This document shows, piece after piece, positions 1-12,364 of a stretch of 64,000 nucleotides of DNA. Every line of letters begins with the position of its first letter. Position 1 is the first letter of the stretch. Source of the DNA: Felis catus (taxonomy: Eukaryota); assembly GCF_018350175.1 (NCBI RefSeq), contig NC_058368.1, positions 19,346,001 through 19,410,000 of the forward strand. Direction: 5' to 3'. The notes below the pieces were generated by a model, which saw nothing but the letters and a program-made list of their open reading frames with translations, made no database searches and was not told the origin of the DNA. A program made the position numbers and the translations under genes.

Positions 1-506
1 CCTGGAGCCTGTTTTGGATTCTATGTCTCCCTCTCTTTCTCTCTCTGCCCCTCCCCCACTCTGGCTGTCTCTCTCAAAAATCAATAAACATTAAAAAAAA
101 TTTTTTAAAAAGAAAGTGAAGTAAAGCCAGTCATTTTTCTCAGATGAGTCCTTTCTGATTTTAAGTACTACATACACAGAGGTGCAAAAGCAAATGTTTG
201 TGGGAATACATGTAGTGACAGCTGGCTGACATTGATTTATTTTGATCCAAGGATATTATACAGCAAACCTTGGTACTTGATTTGTGCTTTAAGAATGACT
301 TCCATTTACCCATGAGTTTAATGTAGGAAAACACCTTCTTAGGGGAGCTCCTGACCAATGACCACTATTTACAAAGCCCCAAACCACAATCATTAGGTTC
401 ACTCCCACATACGAAGTCACGGCACAGCAATATATCTACCAGGCTAATAACAACAGCTTGACTGGAATGTTTTTTGTGAAAAAGACTGCAGTATATAATA
501 CCTCAC

Positions 507-577
507 CTTTTCCCAATTCCAGCTGCCTGTTCTTCAATGAACACAATCTGGGAAAGAGGAATGGCCATGCAGCACTC
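507..577 (-). CDS. VPS36: VPS36 coding exon 3
   Basis: cctag|GAGTGCTGCATG...GGGAAAAG|gtgagg; 71 nt = ECCMAIPLSQIVFIEEQAAGIGK + 2 nt. Confidence 0.95.
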
Positions 578-622
578 CTAGGAGGAAATCATCAGAAAAT
601 ATGACTCTTCAGACTCATCAGA

Positions 623-840
623 GGGAGTACCTGGATGGCTCAGTCGGTTAAGCGTCCAACTTTGGCTCAGGTCATGATCTCACGTTTGTGAGTTTGAGCA
701 CCGGGTCAGGCTCTCTGCTGACAGTTCAGAGCCTAGAGCCTGCTTCGGATTCTGTGTCTCCCTCTCTCTCCCTGTCCCTCCTTCACTTGCACTCTCTCTC
801 TCTCTCTCCCTCTCTCAAGAATAAACATTACAAAAAAAAA
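623..840 (+). mobile_element. Carnivore SINE (SINEC)
   Basis: tRNA-derived head (GGCTCAGTCGGTTAAGCG), CT tract and A tail; TSD AGACTCATCAGA at 611-622 and 841-852. Confidence 0.9.
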
Positions 841-921
841 AGACTCATCAGAAATCCTTGTTTTATAGCATTTAATACAGCATCATACACCTTTAAGGTA
901 CTTAATAATAAAAACAATTTT

Positions 922-1149
922 GGGGCGCCTGGGTGGCGCAGTCGGTTAAGCATCCGACTTCAGCCAGGTCACGATCTCGCGGTCCGTGAGTTTGAGCCCC
1001 GCGTCGGGCTCTGGGCTGATGGCTCAGAGCCTGGAGCCTGTTTCCGATTCTGTGTCTCCCTCTCTCTCTGCCCCTCCCCCGTTCATGCTCTGTCTCTCTC
1101 TGTCCCAAAAATAAATAAACGTTGAAAAAAAATTTTTTTTAAAAATAAT
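922..1149 (+). mobile_element. Young felid SINEC_Fc-type SINE
   Basis: GGGGCGCCTGGGTGGCGCAGTCGG...CAGCCAGGTCACGATCTCGCGG with CpGs intact; TSD AATAATAAAAACAATTTT at 904-921 and 1150-1167. Confidence 0.92.
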
Positions 1150-1369
1150 AATAATAAAAACAATTTTAAAAATTACAATATGAATTTAGTCCTTAAGTAA
1201 ACTGAAGAAAAACTGAATGAAACAGTACTGTGGTGGCATTTTGCTGCATAAAAGAACACAAGAGGTTGAAGAGAAACTGTTCTCCCTCTCTCTCTGCCCT
1301 TCCCCCACTCACGCTCTGTCTCTCTCTGTCTCAAAAATAAAAAAACATTAAAAAAAATTTTTTTTAAAT

Positions 1370-1580
1370 GGGGCGCCTGGGTGGCTCAGTTGGTTATTAA
1401 GCATCCAACTTCGGCTCAGGTCATGATCTCACAGCTTGTGGGTTCGAGCCCCGCATCGGGCTCTGTGCTGAGGGCTCAGAGCCTGGAGCCTGCTTCAGAT
1501 CCTGTGTCTCCCTCTCTCTCTGCCCATCCCCTACTTACACTCTGTCTCTCTCTGTGTCAAAAATAAATAAACATTAAAAA
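1370..1580 (+). mobile_element. Carnivore SINE
   Basis: GGGGCGCCTGGGTGGCTCAG head, CT tract, AATAAATAAAC tail. Confidence 0.88.
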
Positions 1581-2556
1581 GCTTTTTTTTAAAGAAACTA
1601 TATCTACCTTTGTTTTTACAGTAGGTACATCTTTTTAAAAGCACTACTTATATGAAAACTTTTTATATATATTCTTATAGGGAAGACAAAAAAAACCCAG
1701 AACAGGTAAATCAAAACCTGGAGTATTCTATATGGGTGATTCTGTGGTTCTATATGGGTGATTCTATATGGGTGAGACACCTGTTCTGTGTCTCCCTCTC
1801 TCTCTGTCCCTCCTCACTCATGCTCTGTCTCTCTCTCAAAAATAAACATTAAAAAAATTTTTTTTAATAAATAAATAAAAAGTAAAAGAATTAGACAACA
1901 TTAACAGTTCTAGGGTGTGCCTTACCAACAAGGTCAATATCCGCATGAAAGGAGATTGATTCTTGGGGCTAAAAAGAGTCAGATTTTACAATAGTTAGTG
2001 GCCTTTAAAGAGCCTCAGTACAGTATATACTTTGCCTATAAAATAAAAATGTCATGGCGGGGGGGGGGCAGCAATTATGAAAATAACACAGATTGCTTAT
2101 TTTACTGGCAACACTGAAATTTGCACATACACACACGCGCACTTTCAAGTTAAAACTCTTTGGAATAAAAATAGCTTTATACATGGAACTGTTTTCTCTT
2201 CCTAGAAATGAAAAAACAGTGAGGTTTCTCCTCTTGCTGAATGACTTTGAGGCCATTCTTCTCAGTATCTAGGTTAAAGTATCTACTTCCCAGCAGACCC
2301 ATACTCCAGATTCTCAGTCAGGAAGTTTGTTTGGAGGACCCCTGACAACAGGTGGGAGAAATACTGCTGTTACACACGGAACATTCAGGTATGCAGTAGG
2401 CTGACTGGTGTTTAAAAATGGAGTGACCATGAGTCTCTCTCTGTTTAGCAACTATAGACTTTTCTGAGCTGAATGAAGGACAGCCTCTAACTCCTCTATC
2501 TGCACTCCATTCAGAGAGATCATATGAGACACTTCTTGACATCGTGAAAATAGAAA

Positions 2557-2777
2557 TTAAAAAAAAATTTTTAATGTTTTATTATTTATTTTAGAGAAAA
2601 AGAGAGAGAGAGCAAGCAGGGGAGGGGCAGAGAGAGTGGGAGACACAGAATCCGAAGCAGACTCCAGGCTCTGAGATGTCAGCAGAGAGCCTGATGCAGG
2701 GCTGCAACTCATGAGCCGTGAGATCATGACCTGAGCCAAAGTCGGACACTTAACCAACTGAGCCACCCAGGCACCCC
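2557..2777 (-). mobile_element. Carnivore SINE
   Basis: Reverse-complement SINEC ending ...CCACCCAGGCACCCC; flanks GTGAAAAT(A/G)GAAATT on both sides. Confidence 0.88.
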
Positions 2778-2905
2778 GTGAAAATGGAAATTTATTGCAT
2801 CTGTTTAATTCTGACAGACAGACAGACAGACAGACAGACAGAAAGAGACTTCAGGGATTTAAAACCTACAACAGATTAAAAAAACCCAAAAAACCTTTAT
2901 CTTAC

Positions 2906-2974
2906 ATGATTTTTCTGATCTCTCCAAATTAGTCGGTGTGTACTAAGCAGGAGGGTCCCAGCATCAAATTTTAT
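2906..2974 (-). CDS. VPS36: VPS36 coding exon 2
   Basis: ttctag|ATAAAATTTGATGCT...AATCAT|gtaag; 69 nt = IKFDAGTLLLSTHRLIWRDQKNH. Confidence 0.95.
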
Positions 2975-3139
2975 CTAGAAAGACAAGATCATTACAAAAT
3001 ATTAATGATGTATCACTTAATGCAGTCCAGATTTTCTTCCTCATAAATTACACACAAAAAAAGTTAATCATATAAATAAACATTTGAGAATTAGGCTTCC
3101 CACAAATTAAAGAGAAGCAATGCTATATGCTTCATAAGC

Positions 3140-3272
3140 TGTATATATACATATATATATGCAGTATGTATATATACATATATGTATATATATACGGTAT
3201 ATGTATATATATACATACATATATACGGTGTATGTATATATATACATATATGTACATATATGTATATATATA
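3140..3272. repeat. Compound (TA)n/(TATG)n low-complexity tract
   Basis: Directly visible; it produces the spurious YIYI ORFs. Confidence 0.9.
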
Positions 3273-4004
3273 CAGCCCTGATAAAATTAGGAAAAAATTG
3301 CAAACAACCAAATGAGTAACAATAGGGTAGTAGTTAAATCAAGTACGATACACTCATACTGTGGAATCCAAGCAGAGGTTAGGAAGAATGAGATATAGCT
3401 CTATGGACTATCACAGAACTATACAACAGAGTTAGTGGGGAAAGAAAGCAATTTACAGCCTATTACATATAATGTAATCAGACAGAAATAGAGATAATCT
3501 CCGTATCTCAAACTTCATGTGAGATATATGCATGTGTCTACACACACATACACACACATACACACCGCCCCCCCCACACACACGTAGTATAAAAAGATAT
3601 AAATGGAATACTCAGTGATCTGTTAACAATGATTATCTCAAAAAAGTGTGAGGAAATGGGAAGAAGAGAAGCAAAGGCCCCCTTTTTTAAACTATCCATT
3701 TCACTACTGATTGAATTTTTTACCGTGAGATTGAATTTGTTATATAATACTCATACAATTTTTTAAAATAATTTTTAAATAATAAGAAAATAGACATAAA
3801 CCTACAAAAATAAGTGTGGCTAGAGATTCAATCAATGACACTGGGACAACTGAGTTCTCCAGTAGAGAAAAATAATAATAATAATAATGATAATGTTGGA
3901 TTTATACCTAATATACTTTACCAAATTAAATTCTAGATCAAATATTAGAGTTAAAAAAAAGAAAAATTATAAAAGCACTAGAAAAAATGAGAGAATTTAA
4001 AAAA

Positions 4005-4207
4005 ATTTTTTTAACGTTTATTCATTTTTGAGAGACAGAGAATGAGCGGGGAAGGGGCAGAGAGAGAGGGAGACACAGAATCCAAAACAGGCTCCAGGCT
4101 CTGAGCTGTCAGCACAGAGCCCGACACAGGGCTCAAATTCACGAACTGCAAGATCATGACCTAAGCCGAAGTCAGATGCTCAACCGACTGAGGCACCCAG
4201 GCGCCCC
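4005..4207 (-). mobile_element. Carnivore SINE
   Basis: Reverse-complement SINEC; flanked by GAGAATTT on both sides. Confidence 0.88.
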
Positions 4208-7200
4208 GAGAATTTTTTACATGATGTAAGAGAAGGTCTTTCTAAGGAAAACACTAAGCCCATTAGCATTAGAGGCAAAGATTTATAAAGTGAACTCCAC
4301 ACACACATGCACACAAATTCCTTGTAGCAAAAAAACACCAAGGCGAAGATGGCAGACTGGGGAAAATAACTGAAACTCACATCAGAGACAAAGGGCTAAT
4401 TTCTGTAACGTATAAAGTACTCTTACAAATCACTTTTAAAAAATAGCCTGTAATCCATCAGAGAAATGGGCAAAGACTATTAACAGAAAGTTCACACAAA
4501 AGGAACTACAATGACTCTTAAGCACATTAATAGATGCCCAACCTTGCAGATAACAAGAAAAAAGCCAATTAAGAGAACATGAGGGCAGTCCATCCTGGAG
4601 ATTGGCAGAGGTCCAAAAGCTTGGTAACACCCTGCAAGTGAAATGTTAGCGAAATAAGCACTTGCACACCTTGTTGGGAGGGACAACCTCCACTGAGGGC
4701 AATAGATTAATCTATCAAAAATACAAATACACATATCCTTTGATCCAATTTATCTACAGATGAATCCACACATGTGCATAATCATACACGACTATGTTAT
4801 TCATTGCTGTTTGTGAAAAGCAAAATATAGGAAATAAGTTAAATGCCCATCAACAGAGAAATATACATCCACACAATGAACTACTACTCAGTGATTACAA
4901 AGAAATCAGGAGGCTCTATCGTAGTAAAGTATTTGATAAAATCTAAGATGCCACTGATTATGAAATGCATCCTGATTCTGGTTGTTAAAATGTGTGTGTG
5001 TGGGGGGGGGGGGGGGAATGGACATTTAGAATTGATGAAATATGGTAAATTCTCCACACAGATGAAGTGAAAAAAGCGAGATGCAACACTCTGTATGCAT
5101 AGCATATTACAAATTTACATCTTAAAAAAGGAAACACAATTTATACAAATACCTATGCATGATACATATGCACAGCTCTCCAGAATGATGCACGGGTTAG
5201 CCTCTGAGGGGGAACCGAGTCACAAAGAGACAAAGGTGAAAGGGAGACTTTTAACTTTATACTTTTTGTGGTTTTTGAATTTTTGTCATGGGATTGTATC
5301 ACCTACCCAAAATATAAATGTAAAAAATGTTTTTAAAAACTGTAATACAGGGGCACCTGGGTGGCTCAGTCAGTTAAGCATCTGACTCATGATTTTGGCT
5401 CAGGTCATGCATGAGCTATTACTGAGTTCGAGCCCCGAGTCGGGCTTGCTGCTGTCAGGGCAGAGCCCACTTCGGACCCTCTGCCTCTCCTCTCTCTCGC
5501 TCGCTGACTCAAAAATAAATACACATAAAAAAGAGATTTTTAAAACTTCTTTTTTGTCAATGAGTAAGATTTCCCTTTTCCAAAAGCAAGTACGTTATCA
5601 ACTTGAGTACCTGGTGCTACGTTACAGCACAACAGTTCTGATTAAGCAGATGCATTTTCTCGCACTGAAATTCAAGCATAAGGATGTAAGTTAAAGCTGA
5701 AGGCAGAGTATATTCCATTACTGTGTCAATTAACAATGTGCGCATGTAATGCTGATGCTCCAAGTGAAGATATTGTGTAATAGTTCCCTTCAGGGATTCC
5801 AAGGGATTATGAGCTAAACCTGATAGACAAGTTTAGGCTGGTTTGCTCCAGCCACTCAGAGCTAGAACAATTTTAACTACTTCAAAGTTGATGTAACTTG
5901 GGCTTTTGCTGGACAAGCTCTTACCCTGTTTTGTTTTGTTTTTAGTTAACATTTTTCTTTTATAAAAGTAATACAGTGAAGAAAATTTGAAAAAAAAATG
6001 TAAGTCTAAAAAAGAAAATGAAATCACTCATAATCATACCAGCCAGAGTGTGTGTATGTGTGTGTGTATATGTGTATGCATGTGTAAATAATTTTTAAAT
6101 AAAATGAAGCCATTATATTTGTAGTTTTATAAGTAGCTTTTTTCAGTTAGCAACCTCTCATTACTAATTCCTCATGCTGATTAAGGCATATCCCACTTAA
6201 TTAACAAAACCCTACGGTGGTCACTGAGATTGCTTCCAATTTTCCCTATATGTAATAATATATAATATATATATAGTAGTGCTGAGATGAGCATCCTCAT
6301 TCATTAAATGTTTATGCATCTCTGATTACTTCCCAAGGGTAAATCCCTAAAAGTCAAACAGCTAGCTGGAAGAAAATAAACATTTTCTAAGTCTCCCAGT
6401 ATATGCCGCCAACTTGCCACTTTATACACTACTAACCTGCTTTCATTATTATTTAAATTAGCTGAGGCTATAGAAGCTTTTGTGAATTTAAACAAATGAC
6501 CTGTCTCCGCTACTTAAGAAAACATACTGTGTGGTCATAACGGGCCCATGAAAACTGTGCCTGTAGAAACAAGCAGGTGCTCATTTATTCACAAGAGACA
6601 CTTGGGCGGTGGGAAGAGCCCAGTCTACTCTAAATGTGTCACCTCAGATGGGTCACAGTTTTCTCAACTGTCAACTGAGTGTCCTCATCTTTGGGAGGAT
6701 TCACTATATTAAGCATTGCATAAAGAGTCTGGCACTGGTGACTGCTACATTTGTGAAAGCATTGTAGCACGGTCAATTAAGCAGAGCCTTTGGGAGTCTG
6801 ATCAACAGAGATTTAACTCCTGTCTCTCCTGATAACCAACTCTGTGGGCAAGTCACTTTCTAAGAGTTATTTTCTCATCCATAAAATACTCACCTCATAT
6901 GCCCAGTAATAGGATTAAATGAGATTGTACATAAAGCTCCTGGCACATAGTAGGTACTCCTATTATTCAGGTCTTTTTTTTTTTCCACGTATTTCACACC
7001 CACGATGAGCCAGAAGATACAAGGATGAGTAAGGCACACTTTCTGCCCTCCAGGAGCGTCCACCTGGCCTATGAGACAGCCACGTGCATGCCTGCCTGAG
7101 GAACGTGTTGGGACGCAAAGCTATGAAGGCTAAGCAGTCTGGACTGGAGTGTCCCAGACCAAGGGAGCCAGGGAAAGACACTGAAAGGGAACTTGACCAG

Positions 7201-8379
7201 ATCTGGAGGCTGATAAGGAGCTTCCTAGAGTCTTCAGACTGCATGAGGTCTGGAAGCTTTCCAGCAGATGGAGGAAGGCAGGACATGGGACTTCCCCCTA
7301 GGAATCAGTCTAGCCCTCAGTCACACTGGGGACAGCTCAGCAAGTGACTCATTAGATGCAGCTCAGGGACCACAGCGGTGAGCAAGCTTGTCTTAGAGCT
7401 CTGCTTCCATTTCAGGACACCTACATTCCTCCCTCACTACCCTCAGCCTTTAGAACAGTTAAAAATTCTCGACGAGATCAAAGGATCTTAACTAAATTCT
7501 TCCCAGTACTTTTTTTGTTAATCCTCTGCTAACTATATCTACTTGTCCATTAAAATAGGCAAAAAAAAAAAAAAAAAAAAAAACCCACAAAACAACAACA
7601 ACAACAACAAAAAAACCTTAAAGGAAACACTAGAATTCACTGATTGAGCAATGGTTTTGCATATACAGGTCCTAATGGTTTTGACTTGTTATGGTCTTAA
7701 ACGGATGTAGTTGTATTATGTGCCAGCCAAGATGCTCCTAATTTGCATACTGGAGTTACATACAACAACAGAGGGTGGCGTTCTGCAAAAGTGTGACTTC
7801 CAGCACGGACTGTCTTTAGGGGAGTTTCTGGAGACCAATCTATCATTGTCAGCATTCAGTTCTGAATGCTGAAGTTGATCATGCTTCCTATTTACAACAG
7901 TTCCAAGGGTGTAACCTTCATTCAAAAACCATTTAGCTTGTCACTCGGACCAAGAGATGCAAACCCAATTGCGATCAAGTTAACCAAAGTGCTGAGGCAG
8001 GAAATGGAGTAAAACCAAGCAAGTTATTTAAGAAAAAGACCCTGCCTTGATAAGAGAGGAAACAGTACGTGGAAAATGCCCTCAGGGAGGCAGAGCACCT
8101 GGGTCCGGTGTCATGTCAGCTGCGCCTGTAGACAGCTGGGTAACCCCTGCCCTCCATGACCCAGGAGGAAGGAAGCCTCCAGCTTCTGCAAGCACCGACC
8201 AGGAAAAGCTATGGGTCAAGGAACAAATGCCAAAGTACGGAAGGAAGTTTCATCAATAACACCACAAAGAAGATGAGAGAGCAGGTGAAAACTTCTGGAA
8301 ACTAAAAATCCTGGTTAGAGTAAGCGGGTTTCGAACATTTTTCTGATCAGGACCAAACTTCCCCAGAAGATACGGCCTG

Positions 8380-9580
8380 ACTGCATTGGCAAACAGCTGC
8401 GGCTGAGGCCAGCAAGTCTGTTCAGGGTCACGTCCACCTGGGACAAAGCCAGGGCACCTGCTTCTCCTGCACGGAGCACCCCTCCCTCTCCCCTACTCGC
8501 CCCCCCCCCCCGCCCCTTTAAATCCTTCTCGCTTCGCCGGGACGGGGAGGATAGGCTTCGGGATGTGAGTCCACCGTCTTCCCAGGCCGCCTGCCTCCTG
8601 AGTAAAGCAGCCGGTCCCCCAGCGCTCGTGTCTGGAGTACGGATCTTCCCGCGGGGCGCCGCCCGGGCTGAGCCGAGCCGTTTCCCCGGGAGGTAACAGT
8701 CGGACGGAAGTCTCCACAAGACGCTCACGCCGGGCTAGTAACACTTGTCTCCATTCGCAAGCGCCTCTCCCAAGGTTTGCGCCCGGGTGACAAGGCATGG
8801 CCTACCACATCACTTCACTAAACAAACGCTCAAGACTCCTTCCTTAAGTCATTCCAGGAAGAAAAAAAGAGGGGGGGGGGGGGCGGAAAGGCGACCACTG
8901 AGACCCGGACACGCTTCTCAGAAACCCCTGCGGGCACTGCCCGCCGCTCGCTGGGGCGGACCGCACGCCCGCCGGCCGCACCCGGCCCGGCGAGGCACCC
9001 CGGCCAGCGAGCCGGACAAAGGAGGCACCGGCCCGGCGCGGCCCGCCGTCACCGCGCCGGATCCGGGCCCGAGGAGCAGGCACCCGGCCAAGCCGTCTGC
9101 CGTCCCCGCCGCTCCCTGAGCGCGGCCGCCCAAGCGCCGTGGCGTGCGGACCCGGCACCCGGGCGGAGGCCCCTCAGGCTGGCCAGACCGCGCACCCGTC
9201 CCCGAGGCCGCCTCTACCTTCTCCTCGCCGTCGTAGATGCGCACGCCGCGCTGCTGGATCACCAGCGTCTCGTTGATCTCCAGGAGGCCGCTGGTCCACA
9301 CGAAGCGGTCCATGGCCGCCGGCAGGCCGGCCTCCGCCGCTCGCCCGCGCCGGCGCTCCGGGGACGCGAGCCCAACGCTGAATAGCCTGCGGCGCCCCCT
9401 GGCGGCGGGCGGGGCGGAGGCGGGCAGGGAGGGAGCGTGCCCGGGAAACCTGGGGTCGTGCGTAGAGCGCCCCCTGGCGGTCAGTCGGCCGTTGGCCCGG
9501 CGGGGTCGTCCACCCCAATCCTTTGTCCAGTTCGGGCACAAACCCGGAGCTTGCAAGGGACTTTAAGGGAGGCCAGGACG
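8380..9580. promoter_or_regulatory. CpG island / VPS36 promoter
   Basis: Very GC- and CpG-rich block around VPS36 exon 1, with GC boxes (GGGCGG) and two identical CTCF-like 14-mers at 9392-9405 and 9467-9480. Confidence 0.85.
9218..9313 (-). CDS. VPS36: VPS36 coding exon 1
   Basis: GCGGCCATGG start (CAT at 9311-9313); 96 nt = [32 protein letters not shown]; donor AAG|GTAGAG; inside a CpG island. Confidence 0.96.
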
Positions 9581-10439
9581 CAGCTTGGACTTCCTTATTG
9601 TGCATTATCCCTTGTATTTGTGCCGTTTTCTTGTCACTGCCCAGCATGTTGTCACGTTCGTAAAAGGCTGTAAATAATACTGGAACTTTTCTTTCCAAAT
9701 GAAGATTTATGGCCTGAACTGTTCTCTACACAACTGCAATCAGTATGGAAGTACTACCTTGGTCCCCGCCCCCCTCCTTTTTGCCCATTAAAACCATTTT
9801 CATTTAGGGGTGCCTGGCTAGCTCCGTTGGTAGAGCATGTGACTCTTGATCTCAGGGTGGTGAGTTCAAGTCCCACACTGGAGTGGAGCCTGCTTTAAAA
9901 AAAAAATCATTTTCATTTAAACATTTTCAGTATCATGAGTTTACTCTAGACGATATTTTAATGTGTACATCTTCCATAATTTATCTGTGCGTTGGTACCC
10001 ACAAACCCTGGCGGCTCCCACCTGCAGGGCTTCTGTCGCTACCCCTTTCCTTTTATGTATACACTTTGCATTATTTGTAGTGCTACAATTGATATATTTT
10101 TGGGCTTTTAGGATTATTTTCTTAGCGTGTCTTTCCAAAATAGAATTATTGCTTTAAAGAGTTTGCACAAATTTTAGCTTGCTACATATTGGGGACTTAT
10201 TTAACCAGGATGCAGTGCCACCAGCACATTGGTCTTTTTCCCAGGCTAAGTAGCTCTGTCTATATTAGATGTTATCACTTTTGTTATGCTTGCTACTTGA
10301 TAGTGATTTTATGCTTTTATTTTTCATTTACTGATGAGGCTATTTCTCAATGCCTTTTAATCGAAAGAAAATCCTTGTCCTGAAGAATGGCTAACACCAT
10401 ATGAAGTTGGACAGCCTCCACTTAAGAGGATAGGATTAT

Positions 10440-11140
10440 TACTTTAGACCAAATTAAACTGGTCAGGAGAAGAAAAGGCACAGAAAAGGAGATGGAGAAG
10501 GAGCCGCTGGTGAGGTAGGAATTCAACCAGGAGAGCGTGGTATCCTGGAAGCCAAATAAAGAAAGACTGTTAAGGAGAAGGAAAGAGCCTCTGTAAAAAT
10601 CTGCTCACGGGTCAAGACCATGGGAGTGAGGATTCCTCACTGCTTTGACTTATTGGTGGAGTTATTGGTGGCCTTGACAAGAGTGAGTGCAATGGAGGGG
10701 CGGAAGAACAAGTCCTAATGGAGCGGTCTTAAATGAGAAAAAGAGGAGAGGAATTGTAGATAGGGAATAGAGACCACTCCTTTGAGGACTTTGCTGCAAA
10801 GGAGAGCAAAGAAATGGGTTGGCAACAGGAAGGCGGAGTGAGGCTGAGAAGTTTGGATTGTTTGTTAATTTGTTTTCCAGGTAGAAAAAAAATAATCGTA
10901 TGTCTGAATGCTGAGAGCAGTGATTGAAGGCAAAGCACTGGTAGGCGGTGAGAGAGGGGGATGTGCTTGGGTGATGTCCTTGAGAAGATGAGAAGGCACA
11001 AGAGAGGGTCAGAGACGTTTCTATCATCAGAGGAGAGCAGGGTATGTGAGGCGGGGAGATTTTGCGGTGGGAGTCTGCAAAAATTCCCTGGACTGATTTT
11101 CTCGGAGGAGGAAGCAAGACTGGAAGAGGGGGGAGAGGCG
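10440..11140 (-). mobile_element. Ancient L2 LINE remnant
   Basis: Purine-rich + strand with ACCAGGAGAGCGTGGTATCCTGGAAGCCAA, the reverse complement of the L2 RT region. Confidence 0.6.
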
Positions 11141-12364
11141 TGAGGAGGTATGAGCGCATACCTAAGGATGCTAAGATTGCCTGGCCTGCTCGAAGTTTGC
11201 TAACACGCAGTTAAAGTGAAGCCAGAGGAGCACTAGTCCAGCCCCATTCAGGGGCAAAACCTAATGGGAGAGTAGGAAAGACGTGGATTTGATTTGGCAT
11301 GTGGTTTTGCCACGCCATGGCTTGAAAGAGGCAACGAAGTATAAGCAAGCCCAGTACTAGATTACTTCGTTCTCTGTAAGTGATCCGTTCTGTCTGGAAC
11401 CTGTTTAAGAGTTTCTCATTACCCCTGGGGTCCAGAAATTTCACCAGGTCAGAGATTGTGGGCCTGTATCCTTCTCCATTGTCCTGCCTGTGAGACGATG
11501 GTCCTTTTAAATTTGAAGGCTCAAGTTTCTGTCCCCTTCAGGAAAGTGTTCCTCTGTTATTTCTTTGATTATTACTTCTGGTCTATGTGTTCTTTTTTGC
11601 CCCTTTAGGACCTTTGATTACTTGTGTGTTTTAGGTCCATCGTAACTGTTTCCCATGACCCCTACCTTTCACCCTATCATGTTCATTTCTATATATTTTG
11701 GGGCTAAATTTGTGTTAACAGTGACCACTCATTTTTCCAATTCTTCTGTTGAATTTTTTAATTGGGACTTTTTGAAGTTCTCAAATATTTTTTAGTTCCA
11801 GAAACACTAGAATGTTCTGATTATATCTACACAGAATTCTCACCGCATTTTTAATAACATTTTCTTCTATGACATCCCTGAATTCACACTCCACAGTAGC
11901 CTCCTATTCTAATTCATCTTCTTCCTTCTTAAAGCTGCTGTTTCCTTAAGCGTCTTATGATCACTTTGCTTTTCTACATCTGTGAGATCTCCCGGTGCCT
12001 ATGCAAGGCACCCTACTAGGATCTCACATGGCAAGGACTGACAGGTGGTTTTTCCCAGGGAACCATAGGCAAGTAGGTCAGTAAGTTGAGAACATCTCTT
12101 TGGAGCTATTTAAAGACAGGCTTCTCTGACTTCAACCTACTCACTCATTAAACCACTATTCAAAAACTACTCATTAAACACCCGCTATGTGTCAGGCACT
12201 GTTCAACTCCTTTCCAGTGCTGCTGGCAAGAGAAGCCACTGATTTCTCCCAAGCTGGGCAGGCCTGGCACTCGGGCGAGGGGAGGGAGACACTCCTCACA
12301 GGTGCAAAACTTGAGGAGGTGCCAAAAAAATTCAGTAATCGAGAAAAATGATATGTTAAAGAAA

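Larger units (their letters stand above)
1..9313 (-). other. VPS36: VPS36 gene (ESCRT-II GLUE-domain subunit), 5' part; exons 4 onward lie beyond the left edge
   Basis: Exons 9218-9313, 2906-2974 and 507-577 splice in frame with GT-AG boundaries to give [78 protein letters not shown](S), the mammalian VPS36 N-terminus. Confidence 0.96.

Noticed and set aside
623..1580. tRNA genes suggested by A/B-box motifs
   Set aside because: These are the tRNA-derived heads of carnivore SINEs, followed by CT tracts and A tails.
8315..9698. Overlapping 100-212 aa ORFs on both strands
   Set aside because: GC-rich CpG island with few stop codons; only the 32-codon VPS36 exon 1 is supported.
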